Below are positions 38,182 through 46,425 of a DNA stretch of 64,000 nucleotides, piece after piece (position 1 is the first letter of the stretch; each line of letters opens with the position of its first letter). The translations under genes and the position numbers were made by a program. The stretch comes from Candidatus Moraniibacteriota bacterium (GTDB lineage Bacteria; Patescibacteriota; Minisyncoccia; Moranbacterales; UBA9337). The stretch is from positions 4,571 through 68,570 of the forward strand of contig JALSQF010000011.1 in assembly GCA_026985555.1 (NCBI GenBank), read 5' to 3'. The notes beneath the pieces are model-generated. The model was not told the origin of the DNA and made no database searches. It saw nothing but the letters and a program-made list of their open reading frames with translations.

Positions 38182-38559
38182 ATGGAATTTTTAAAGGGCA
38201 GCATTACAGCTAATAAAAAAAATTTTTTTATAGCTGTTTTAATTATTGTCATAGCTATAATAGCTTTTTCTATTTTTTTGGTTGTTTTTAAAAAAGGAGC
38301 GAGTGAATATTTACAAACAAAAGAAATTATTCAGAGAAAACAAATGAAAAATGTTAATAAAATCTCAAATGAAAAAACGGAAAATAATTCAAAAACTACA
38401 GAAAATAATACTAGTGATAATGGTATAGATGAAGAAACACAAAAACTATTGAATGAAAAAACGGAAAATAATTCAAAAACTACAGAAAATAATACTAGTG
38501 ATAATGGTATAGATGAAGAAACACAAAAACTATTGAATGAAAAATTTAAAAATGAATAA
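38182..38559 (+). CDS. single-pass membrane protein with duplicated 28-aa module
   Basis: 125 aa; TM (FFIAVLIIVIAIIAFSIFLVVF) then NEKTENNSKTTENNTSDNGIDEETQKLL twice. Confidence 0.5.
   Translation: MEFLKGSITANKKNFFIAVLIIVIAIIAFSIFLVVFKKGASEYLQTKEIIQRKQMKNVNKISNEKTENNSKTTENNTSDNGIDEETQKLLNEKTENNSKTTENNTSDNGIDEETQKLLNEKFKNE
38371..38538. repeat. perfect 2 x 84-bp tandem direct repeat inside the coding sequence
   Basis: aatgaaaaaacggaaaataattcaaaaactacagaaaataatactagtgataatggtatagatgaagaaacacaaaaactattg repeated exactly (38371-38454 and 38455-38538). Confidence 0.9.
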
Positions 38560-38610
38560 TATTTATTCTTTATTATTTAGTTTTATAAATTAATTTAAAT
38601 AAAAAAAAGT

Positions 38611-39639
38611 ATGAAAAAAATTAAAAGAAAAATCAAATATTGGGGAGGAGTGATAATTATAGGGATAATGCTTGGAATTTCAATCCAGTTTGTAGTAGCT
38701 TGGACAGAACCTTCTTTAGATCCTCCTACGAGTAATCTATTGGCACCCATTAATATAAGTAACAATAGTCAATATAAAGAAGGTAGTCTTTATTTAAATT
38801 CGTCAGGAGCTTATGTTAATGGATTAATAGTAAGGAATAATGCTATAATTAGAAATTTAAATGGAGGAACAACTAGTTTGTATGTGGGATATAATCATGC
38901 GACTGGTAATAATTCTAATGACGGAAGAATAATTCTTTTTGGAGAACATAATAATCATATTTATACAGCAACAATAACTCAAGGAAGCTCTAATTTGTTT
39001 ATTAGCACGCCAGGTCATGTGATGTCTAGTTCTCCTTTGGATATTGTATCAGGAAATCAGCTCTTAGTTAGAAGTAGCAGTAATAATAATATAGGGTATA
39101 TACGTCATAATGGTAGCAATTTTCAATTATATACTAATCATGGAAACATTCAAATAGGTGATAACAATGATAATGTTGGAATAGGAACATCTTCTCCTAG
39201 TAAGAAATTGGATGTAGCTGGAGCAGTAAAAGGTGATCAGTTATGTATTGGTAGTGATTGTCGCAGTAGTTGGCCTACTCCAGGTGGTTCGGGAAAATTA
39301 ATACGAAATATTAGATATTCCAATAGAATTACAGTTGTAAGAAACACATATAACGTTGATGCTGGTTATGTTTATTGCCATTCTGATGAAATATTAGTAA
39401 ATTGTGCTTATTATTCAGGAAATTTAAATAGAATTGTAACGTATAGTGATATAAATGTTAATTCTGCTTATTATTATGATAAGTATCCTAATAGTAACTG
39501 GGAAAGAGATAATGTACTTCAAGTTAGAATGACACCTGATCATAATGGTTGTTATATTCATTATTGTGATGATGATCCTTATCATAAGTTTAATAATTAT
39601 TATCTTTGGACAGTGGCTATTTGTCTGAGAGTGCAGTAA
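38611..39639 (+). CDS. N-terminally anchored, Cys-rich surface protein with tail-fibre-like motif
   Basis: 342 aa; N-terminal TM (GGVIIIGIMLGISIQFVVAW); G/N/S-rich beta-like region; VGIGTSSPSKKLDVAG motif; 8 Cys in last 130 aa. Confidence 0.5.
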   Translation: MKKIKRKIKYWGGVIIIGIMLGISIQFVVAWTEPSLDPPTSNLLAPINISNNSQYKEGSLYLNSSGAYVNGLIVRNNAIIRNLNGGTTSLYVGYNHATGNNSNDGRIILFGEHNNHIYTATITQGSSNLFISTPGHVMSSSPLDIVSGNQLLVRSSSNNNIGYIRHNGSNFQLYTNHGNIQIGDNNDNVGIGTSSPSKKLDVAGAVKGDQLCIGSDCRSSWPTPGGSGKLIRNIRYSNRITVVRNTYNVDAGYVYCHSDEILVNCAYYSGNLNRIVTYSDINVNSAYYYDKYPNSNWERDNVLQVRMTPDHNGCYIHYCDDDPYHKFNNYYLWTVAICLRVQ

Positions 39640-39696
39640 AAATTAGTAGAAAATCAAATTTCATAAATAAGTAATTAAATTAAAAAATAAAAAAAT

Positions 39697-39912
39697 ATGA
39701 ATATAAATAAAGCTGTTATAAGTCTGATTTTATCTCTAGTAAACTTATTATTAATAATGGTATTGTTTTTTATTTTGTATAATAATGGAAATTTAGAAAA
39801 CGCAATTAAGCATAGTAAACCTAAACCGCCAGCAGTTTTAGAATCAAGTAAAAATAACGAAGTAATTCCACCTATGCCAGTAGATTCTAATTTGGATTCA
39901 AACAAAAAATAA
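39697..39912 (+). CDS. small single-pass membrane protein
   Basis: 71 aa; one TM then Pro/Lys-rich tail. Confidence 0.4.
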   Translation: MNINKAVISLILSLVNLLLIMVLFFILYNNGNLENAIKHSKPKPPAVLESSKNNEVIPPMPVDSNLDSNKK

Positions 39913-40060
39913 CAATAAGAAAAATTTATATTTGTTTTAATTTTTAATTTTTAATAATTCAATAAAAAATGATAAAACACATTATAATTTTTTTATTAGG
40001 ATTTACCAAAATTAATAATTTAAATGAAAATTAAAAATAAGTTAAATAATAAGCAAGTTT

Positions 40061-40096
40061 TTCTGGCTATTTAAATATCCATTTAAATAGCCAGAA
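40061..40096. repeat. palindromic intergenic element, copy 3 (ATCC spacer, opposite orientation to copy 2)
   Basis: TTCTGGCTATTTAAAT-ATCC-ATTTAAATAGCCAGAA. Confidence 0.8.
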
Positions 40097-40499
40097 GAGA
40101 TTTTAAAAAAATATAAGTTTATAGTTTATAGTTTTTTAAAGTTTTAACTACTTATTTTAATTCTAATAAAATTAATGTTTTTTTATAAAAATAGGATTAG
40201 TATCCTGATTTTTTGTTTTATAAACTTTAATTAAAATGAGATGTGTATAGTTTTTTAAAAAATAAATAACAAACTAAAAACTACTTGAAAAGAAAAAATT
40301 CTCATAATTCAATCTTTCTTTGAAAAATTTTAAAGTTGAATTTAGGGAAATCAACTGAAAGTTTAGTAGAGCTATCTATATAAAGTAATTGTTTTATGTT
40401 AACTCTTTATTTTTAAAGAAAATTGTGTTAAACTTATTTAGTAAAAGCTAATTAAATGAAAGAATACTAATAATTTATGTATCAAATAATTTAAAGAAA

Positions 40500-42950
40500 A
40501 TGAAAAGTGATATAAACAATACAAAAGAAAATATTCAAATTCGTCCTATAACTAAAGAAGTGCAACAATCTTATTTAGATTATGCTATGAGTGTTATTGT
40601 GGCACGTGCTTTGCCAGATGTGAGAGATGGCCTTAAACCGGTGCATCGCAGAATTTTATATTCTATGTGGAAAACGGGATTAAAATCTAATGCAAAATTT
40701 CGTAAGTCGGCTACAGTGGTGGGGGAAGTATTAGGAAAATATCATCCTCATGGAGATATGGCAGTTTATGATTCTATGGTGCGTTTAGCTCAAGATTTTT
40801 CTTTACGTTACCCTTTAATTTGGGGACAAGGAAATTTTGGATCTATGGATGGAGATAGCGCAGCGGCATATCGTTACACAGAGGCCAAATTGCAAAAAAT
40901 AGCGGAAGAAATGTTGTTAGATATTGAAAAAGATACAGTTGATTTTGTTCCTAATTTTGACGGAACTCACCAAGAACCTTCTGTTTTACCTGCTAAACTT
41001 CCCCAGTTATTATTAAATGGAACTATGGGAATTGCCGTAGGTATGGCTACTAATATACCACCTCATAATTTAAATGAATTGGTAGATGCTATAGTATATC
41101 TTATTGATCATTCGGAGGCGACAGTGGAGGAAATAATGCAATTTATTAAAGGTCCTGATTTTCCTACGGGAGGAATTATTTATAATCAAAAGGATATTTT
41201 AGAGGCTTATGCCACAGGCAAAGGAAGAATTGTTACACGAGCAAAAGCTGAAATTATAGAAAATAAAAAAGGAAAGTTTCAAATTATTGTAACGGAAATG
41301 ACTTATGCTACTAACAAAGCCTCTCTTTTAGAAAAGATTGCTTTTTTAGTTAAAGAGGGAAAAATAAAAGGAATTAGAAATTTAAGAGATGAATCTGACA
41401 AAGAGGGAATACGGATCGTGATTGACCTAAAAAAGGACGCATTTCCTCAAAAAGTGTTAAATAGACTTTATTCTTTAACAGATTTGCAGAAAAATTTTAA
41501 TGTTAATATGTTAGCCTTGGTAGATGGAATTGAACCGCAAATTTTAAATTTAAAATCCGTTTTAGATTATTACATAAAACATAGAAAGGTAGTTGTAACA
41601 CGAAGAACAAAATATGAACTACAAAAAGCGAAAGATAGAGCGCATATTTTAGAGGGATTAAAAAAAGCCTTAGACCATATTGATGAAGTGATTAGTGTAA
41701 TCAAAAAATCTAAAACAAAAGAGATTGCTCATCAGAATTTAGTTAAAAAATTTAAATTTTCTGATAAACAGACAGAAGCAATTTTAGAAATGAAGTTGCA
41801 AACTTTAGCAGGATTAGAAAGAAAAAAAATAGAGGAAGAATTAAAAGAAAAATTAAAATTAATTGCAGAATTAGAAAGTATTTTAAAAAATCCTCAAAAG
41901 CTTTTAAATATTATTAAAAAAGAGTTAAAAGAGCTAAAAGAAAAATATGGCGACAAAAGAAAAACAAAGGTAATTAAGAGTAAGGTAGGAGAATTTAAAC
42001 AAGAAGATTTAGTTCCCAATGAAGAAGCCATTATTACTATATCTTACAAAGGATATATAAAAAGAATGAATCCTGGAGTTTATAAGCTACAGAAAAGGGG
42101 AGGGAAAGGTGTCATCGGCGCTACTACCAAAGAAGATGATTTTATTCAACAGATGGATGCAGTGATGACGCATGATAATTTATTATTTTTCACAGATTCA
42201 GGGAAAGTATTTCGTACTCAAGCTTATGAAATTCCGGAGTCAACTAGAACAGCTAAGGGACAGGCTTTAGTTAATTTTTTACAACTAGGAACAGAGGAGA
42301 AAGTGACAGAAATGATTGCTTTTAATCAAAACGACAATTATCGTTATTTTCTTATGATTACAGAAAAGGGAATTATTAAAAAGGTAAAACTAGCTGAATT
42401 TGATAATGTTAGGAGAAGTGGTTTAATTGCAATTAAATTAAATAAAAATGATAAATTAAGATGGGTAAAACCAACCACAGGTTCTGATGAAGTTGTTATA
42501 ACTACTGCTTTAGGACAAGCTATTCATTTTAAAGAAAAAGATATTCGCAGTATGGGTAGATCTGCTGCTGGAGTAAGAGGAATTCGTCTTAAAAAAGATG
42601 ATAAAGTTGTAGGTATGGATGTAATTTTAGCTAAACAGAAAGGAAATCAACTAATGATTATAACAGAAAATGGATATGGAAAAAGGACTGATTTAAAATT
42701 TTATAAAATTCAAAAAAGAGGAGGGTCGGGAATTAAAACAGCTAAAATTACCAGTAAAACGGGAAAAATTATAGGAGCTAATCTAGTTAATTTAGATGAT
42801 TTAGAAAGAGATTTGATTATTACTTCAGCTAAAGGTCAAATTATTAGAATTCCTTTAGAGAGTATTCCTACATTAAGTAGAGCTACACAAGGAGTAAGAG
42901 TAATGAAACCGAAAACAGGAGATAAAGTAAGCGCTATGACAATATTATAA
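40500..42950 (+). CDS. gyrA: DNA gyrase subunit A
   Basis: 816 aa; catalytic Tyr region ([11 protein letters not shown]), QRDR-like ([20 protein letters not shown]), C-terminal beta-pinwheel repeats. Confidence 0.95.
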   Translation: MKSDINNTKENIQIRPITKEVQQSYLDYAMSVIVARALPDVRDGLKPVHRRILYSMWKTGLKSNAKFRKSATVVGEVLGKYHPHGDMAVYDSMVRLAQDFSLRYPLIWGQGNFGSMDGDSAAAYRYTEAKLQKIAEEMLLDIEKDTVDFVPNFDGTHQEPSVLPAKLPQLLLNGTMGIAVGMATNIPPHNLNELVDAIVYLIDHSEATVEEIMQFIKGPDFPTGGIIYNQKDILEAYATGKGRIVTRAKAEIIENKKGKFQIIVTEMTYATNKASLLEKIAFLVKEGKIKGIRNLRDESDKEGIRIVIDLKKDAFPQKVLNRLYSLTDLQKNFNVNMLALVDGIEPQILNLKSVLDYYIKHRKVVVTRRTKYELQKAKDRAHILEGLKKALDHIDEVISVIKKSKTKEIAHQNLVKKFKFSDKQTEAILEMKLQTLAGLERKKIEEELKEKLKLIAELESILKNPQKLLNIIKKELKELKEKYGDKRKTKVIKSKVGEFKQEDLVPNEEAIITISYKGYIKRMNPGVYKLQKRGGKGVIGATTKEDDFIQQMDAVMTHDNLLFFTDSGKVFRTQAYEIPESTRTAKGQALVNFLQLGTEEKVTEMIAFNQNDNYRYFLMITEKGIIKKVKLAEFDNVRRSGLIAIKLNKNDKLRWVKPTTGSDEVVITTALGQAIHFKEKDIRSMGRSAAGVRGIRLKKDDKVVGMDVILAKQKGNQLMIITENGYGKRTDLKFYKIQKRGGSGIKTAKITSKTGKIIGANLVNLDDLERDLIITSAKGQIIRIPLESIPTLSRATQGVRVMKPKTGDKVSAMTIL

Positions 42951-43087
42951 TTCTAGTAAAAAGAAAATAAGTCTTGTCAATAAAAAAATAAAATGTTATC
43001 TTTAAAAATATTAATTTTTAATTAGCTAATATTGGTCTTATTAAATTTAAAGTAAATAAAGACGAGTATTCAGCTGTAAATAAAAAT

Positions 43088-43357
43088 ATGGCATTAACTA
43101 AAAAGCAAAAAGAAATAGTTACTCAAAATGTAAAAAGGCACAACAAAGATACAGGATCTCCAGAATATCAAATTGCTCTTTTTACAGAAAAAATTAAAAA
43201 ACTAACCGATCATTTAAAGAAAAATAAAAAAGATTTTCATTCTCGCAGAGGGCTTTTAAAAATGGTGGCTAAAAGGAAAAAGTTAATGAATTATTTAGAA
43301 AAAACTAATAAGAAAGCTTATAAAGCTTTAATTAAAAAACTAAAATTAAAAGGTTAA
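43088..43357 (+). CDS. rpsO: 30S ribosomal protein S15
   Basis: 89 aa; ...TGSPEYQIALFTEKIKKLTDHLKKNKKDFHSRRGLLKMV typical S15. Confidence 0.93.
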   Translation: MALTKKQKEIVTQNVKRHNKDTGSPEYQIALFTEKIKKLTDHLKKNKKDFHSRRGLLKMVAKRKKLMNYLEKTNKKAYKALIKKLKLKG

Positions 43358-43404
43358 AATTTTTTAATAATTCTTTTTGAATTATTTTTAATAAATAAAA
43401 ATCA

Positions 43405-43911
43405 ATGTCTAATTTTTCTCAATTCAAGGAGCAAAGAGTAGCCGTTTTAGTGGATATTCAAAATCTTTATTATAGCGCTAGAGTTTTATATAATAAAAAA
43501 GTAAATTTTAAAAATATCTTATTGGAAGGAGTAGCTAGGAGAAAATTAATTAGAGCCATAGCTTATGGAATAACTACCTTAGAAGGTTCGGAGGAAAAAT
43601 TTTTAGAAGCGTTAGTTAAACACGGATTTGAGGTAAAAACTAAAGATTTGCAAATATTTCCTGGAGGAGCCAAAAAAGGAGATTGGGATGTGGGTATTGC
43701 AGTAGATGCCATTAAATTATCTAAAAATTTAGATGTGATTGTTTTAATTTCGGGAGATGGTGATTATTTACCGATGGTTACTTATGTGCAAAATACTACT
43801 GGTTGTCGGGTTGAAGTGATGGCTTTTAGCGAATCGGCTAACGGAAAGTTAATAGAGCAGGCAGATAATTTTATTAATCTTTCAGAAAATAGAAAAAAAT
43901 TTTTAATTTAA
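43405..43911 (+). CDS. NYN/LabA-like (PIN-fold) protein
   Basis: 168 aa; RVAVLVDIQNLYYSAR...DWDVGIAVDAI...VIVLISGDGDYLPMV acidic residues of LabA/NYN. Confidence 0.8.
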   Translation: MSNFSQFKEQRVAVLVDIQNLYYSARVLYNKKVNFKNILLEGVARRKLIRAIAYGITTLEGSEEKFLEALVKHGFEVKTKDLQIFPGGAKKGDWDVGIAVDAIKLSKNLDVIVLISGDGDYLPMVTYVQNTTGCRVEVMAFSESANGKLIEQADNFINLSENRKKFLI

Positions 43912-43995
43912 ATATTTAAAAATTGAAAACAAATTATATTTTATTTAAAAATATAAAAAACCGACTATATTTAGATAGTCGGTTTTGTTTTTTAA

Positions 43996-44235
43996 TTAAG
44001 GGCAAGGAGACAATTTTTTTTTCCATTTACCTCCGTTAAAACATCCTTCCCATTCATTTGTTCTAATGATTAAAACAAATGAATAAGGGCGAAGATTAGA
44101 ATTTTCCTCCCTTATTTCTTCATAATTTTCATCATATTTGCTTTCCTCCCAATTTTTGTGGCAAAAACAAATTTTTTTTGGGTTGTAAATACTTAAAAAA
44201 GCGCCACAAATTTCACATCTCCTTTTCTTTTGCAT
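43996..44235 (-). CDS. small Cys-rich (zinc-ribbon-like) hypothetical protein
   Basis: 79 aa; CEICG...CFCH...C...C; lies at the distal end of the minus-strand tRNA cluster. Confidence 0.35.
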   Translation of the reverse strand: MQKKRRCEICGAFLSIYNPKKICFCHKNWEESKYDENYEEIREENSNLRPYSFVLIIRTNEWEGCFNGGKWKKKLSPCP

Positions 44236-44313
44236 AATAGAATAGCCCTCCTTTTTGTAATAAATTAAAAATTAAAAAATGAAAAAGAACTAAAAACAAA
44301 TCTAACTTTCCAG

Positions 44314-44386
44314 TGCATCCAGAGGGATTCGAACCCCCGACCGTCTGGTTAAGAGCCAGCTGCTCTACCAACTGAGCTATGGATGC
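44314..44386 (-). tRNA. tRNA-Lys (anticodon CUU)
   Basis: Cloverleaf GCATCCA-TA-GCTC..GAGC-A-GCTGG-CTCTTAA-CCAGA-CGGTC-GGGGG-TTCGAAT-CCCTC-TGGATGC-A; CCA not encoded. Confidence 0.85.
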
Positions 44387-44402
44387 TTTATAAAATATAT
44401 TG

Positions 44403-44473
44403 TTCCGAGGTAGGGACTCGAACCCCAATTAGCAGAGCCAGAATCTGCTGTCCTACCATTAGACGACCTCGGA
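44403..44473 (-). tRNA. tRNA-Gln (anticodon CUG)
   Basis: TCCGAGG-TC-GTCT..GGAC-A-GCAGA-TTCTGGC-TCTGC-TAAT-TGGGG-TTCGAGT-CCCTA-CCTCGGA-A; 4-nt variable loop; CCA not encoded. Confidence 0.75.
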
Positions 44474-44488
44474 GCAAATTTTTAAAAG

Positions 44489-44571
44489 TGCCGCGGGAGA
44501 GACTCGAACTCTCATGGGACAAGCCCACTAGTTCCTAAGACTAGCGTGTCTACCAATTCCACCACCGCGGC
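44489..44571 (-). tRNA. tRNA-Leu (anticodon UAG), class II with long variable arm
   Basis: GCCGCGG-TG-GTGGAATTGGTAGACAC-G-CTAGT-CTTAGGA-ACTAG-[TGGGCTTGTCCCA]-TGAGAG-TTCGAGT-CTCTC-CCGCGGC-A. Confidence 0.85.
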
Positions 44572-44587
44572 AGTTAACTAGTATAAG

Positions 44588-44661
44588 TAGCAGGGGTGAG
44601 AATTGAACTCACGACCTTGGGCTTATGAGTCCCACGCTCTAACCAACTGAGCTACCCTGCC
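44588..44661 (-). tRNA. tRNA-Met (anticodon CAU; could be elongator Met or lysidine-modified Ile2)
   Basis: GGCAGGG-TA-GCTC-AGTTGGTTA-GAGC-G-TGGGA-CTCATAA-GCCCA-AGGTC-GTGAG-TTCAATT-CTCAC-CCCTGCT-A; G1.U72 wobble; A31.G39 mismatch; CCA not encoded. Confidence 0.75.
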
Positions 44662-44734
44662 TTTCTAAAAATTTTTTTAAAAAATCTAAAAATATTCCAA
44701 CACTTTTGCATTATCCTATATTTTTTAAGAAAAA

Positions 44735-45040
44735 TCAAGAGTTAGATTTGAAGAAAAGTTTAATTCTTTCAATTTCTTTTTTTAAAATATCTTCATTTTT
44801 GTATTCACCATGATGACGAGTAGTTTTTCCGTAAGTATACTTTTTTTGATCTAAATGAATATTGAAGATAAGATTATTTTCAAGAAGAGTTAAGTAAATA
44901 TGAAAACGAGGAAAACCACTTTGGCTTAACGGATAAATAAAACTCATTTGATTATTACTAGTATGATGTTGAAATTGATAACCTAATTGTCTTAATAGAT
45001 TAGTGGGATTTTTTTGAAAATCTTTCAAAATTATTTTCAT
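44735..45040 (-). CDS. hypothetical protein embedded in the tRNA cluster
   Basis: 101-aa ORF between tRNA-Ala and tRNA-Met on the same strand; no motif recognised. Confidence 0.4.
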   Translation of the reverse strand: MKIILKDFQKNPTNLLRQLGYQFQHHTSNNQMSFIYPLSQSGFPRFHIYLTLLENNLIFNIHLDQKKYTYGKTTRHHGEYKNEDILKKEIERIKLFFKSNS

Positions 45041-45087
45041 TTTAGATAGAAATATTATTAATTTATAGAATAGTAACTAATAAAAAG

Positions 45088-45160
45088 TGGACTATGCCGG
45101 ACTTGAACCGGCCACCTCATCCATGCCATGGATGCGCTCTGCCAGATGAGCTAATAGCCC
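45088..45160 (-). tRNA. tRNA-Ala (anticodon GGC)
   Basis: GGGCTAT-TA-GCTC-ATCTGGC-AGAGC-G-CATCC-ATGGCAT-GGATG-AGGTG-GCCGG-TTCAAGT-CCGGC-ATAGTCC-A; G3.U70 identity pair; CCA not encoded. Confidence 0.85.
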
Positions 45161-45270
45161 TTATATATGATTTATATTACTATATCATAGCAAACTTTAC
45201 TCTAGATTTCAAGAAAAATATAGTATATATTAAAAAAGTTACTTTTAGTTTGCAAAAAAGCTAATAGAAA

Positions 45271-45359
45271 GGAGAAGTGCCAGAGTGGTTGAATGGGGCG
45301 CTCTCGAAAAGCGTTGTTCCTATAAGGAACCGGGGGTTCAAATCCCTCCTTCTCCGCCA
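45271..45359 (+). tRNA. tRNA-Ser (anticodon CGA), class II; CCA encoded
   Basis: GGAGAAG-TG-CCAGAGTGGTTGAATGG-GGCGCT-CTCGAAA-AGCGT-[TGTTCCTATAAGGAACC]-GGGGG-TTCAAAT-CCCTC-CTTCTCC-G-CCA. Confidence 0.85.
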
Positions 45360-45432
45360 ATTGAAATTTTATATTGTGAAAATATAAAAATTGTATTTCA
45401 TAATTATTTATTTTTTAAAAAACAAATTTATT

Positions 45433-45484
45433 CTTTCTGGCTATTTAAATATCCATTTAAATGGATATTTAAATAGCCAGAAAG
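45433..45484. repeat. palindromic intergenic element, copy 4 (extended 52-bp perfect palindrome)
   Basis: CTTTCTGGCTATTTAAAT-ATCC-ATTTAAAT-GGAT-ATTTAAATAGCCAGAAAG equals its own reverse complement. Confidence 0.85.
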
Positions 45485-45542
45485 AGTTTGATAGGTTTAT
45501 ATAAATATTGAGAATAATTTTCTAAAATAATTTTAATTTAAA

Positions 45543-46286
45543 ATGGAATTAAAAAATTTAATCAGAGCAAAACTTATTAAAAGATACAAAAGATTTTTAA
45601 TGAAAGTTAAATTTAAAAATCAAACAATTACTGCTTATACTCCTAACACTGGAACAATGAAAACTTTATTGGACGAAGAAAATTTTGTTTATTTAGAAAA
45701 TAGTCAAAACCTTAAAAGAAAATTAAAATATACTACTAAAATTATTGAATTGGTAAAAAAAGAAAAAAATAATCAAAAATTTTTTACAATGATTGATACT
45801 CATTTAGCTAATAGAATTGTTGAAGAGTGGATTAAAAATAAAGAAATTCCAGAATTAAAAAAATATCAAAAAATTGAAAGGGAGGTGAAATATGGCAAAA
45901 ATCAAAAAAGTAGAATTGATATTTTGTTAAGTCATAAAAATAAAAAGAAAACTTTTATTGAAATTAAAAATGCCACTTTGAAATTAGAAAAAAATACGAT
46001 TGCTTTTCCAGATGCAATTACGGAAAGAGGAAAAAAACATTTAGAAGAATTAATTTTAGAAGTTGAGCAAGGAAATCAAGCAATAGTTTTTTTTCTTGTT
46101 TCTCGAAATGATGGAAAGAAATTTAGAGTGGCAAAAGAGATTGATGAAAAATTTTATGAAACTTTTTTAAAAGCCAAGAAAAAAGGAGTGCAATTTTTAG
46201 CTTATCAAATTGATTTTGAGTTAAAAGAAAAAGAAGGGAAATATAATTTTCAATTAACTCGCGGTCCAAAGATTAAAATTATTTAG
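45543..46286 (+). CDS. sfsA: sugar fermentation stimulation protein A homologue (SfsA family, nuclease-fold DNA-binding protein)
   Basis: 247 aa; LIKRYKRFLMKV...AYTPNTGTM...SRIDILL...FIEIKNATL...AFPDAITERGKKHLEEL parallels E. coli SfsA along its length. Confidence 0.8.
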   Translation: MELKNLIRAKLIKRYKRFLMKVKFKNQTITAYTPNTGTMKTLLDEENFVYLENSQNLKRKLKYTTKIIELVKKEKNNQKFFTMIDTHLANRIVEEWIKNKEIPELKKYQKIEREVKYGKNQKSRIDILLSHKNKKKTFIEIKNATLKLEKNTIAFPDAITERGKKHLEELILEVEQGNQAIVFFLVSRNDGKKFRVAKEIDEKFYETFLKAKKKGVQFLAYQIDFELKEKEGKYNFQLTRGPKIKII

Positions 46287-46425
46287 TGAGATAACGACGT
46301 TATTAGAAAAAGATAAAAAGACGGTAACTTGTGGAATAGATCATTGCTGTAATGCTATAATTATTAAAAAGTTTAAAGAAGTAAAAATTTTCCAAATTAG
46401 CTTTAAAATGTGGTAGAATAAAAGC

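Noticed and set aside
38371-38538. Exact 84-bp tandem repeat considered as a possible CRISPR or minisatellite array
   Set aside because: Only two units, no spacers, and it lies in frame inside a coding sequence where it duplicates a 28-aa module. No CRISPR-like repeat-spacer architecture exists anywhere in the window.
44213-44428. 71-aa minus-strand ORF and 45285-45476 plus-strand ORF
   Set aside because: Both are translations through tRNA genes (Lys/Gln and Ser respectively).
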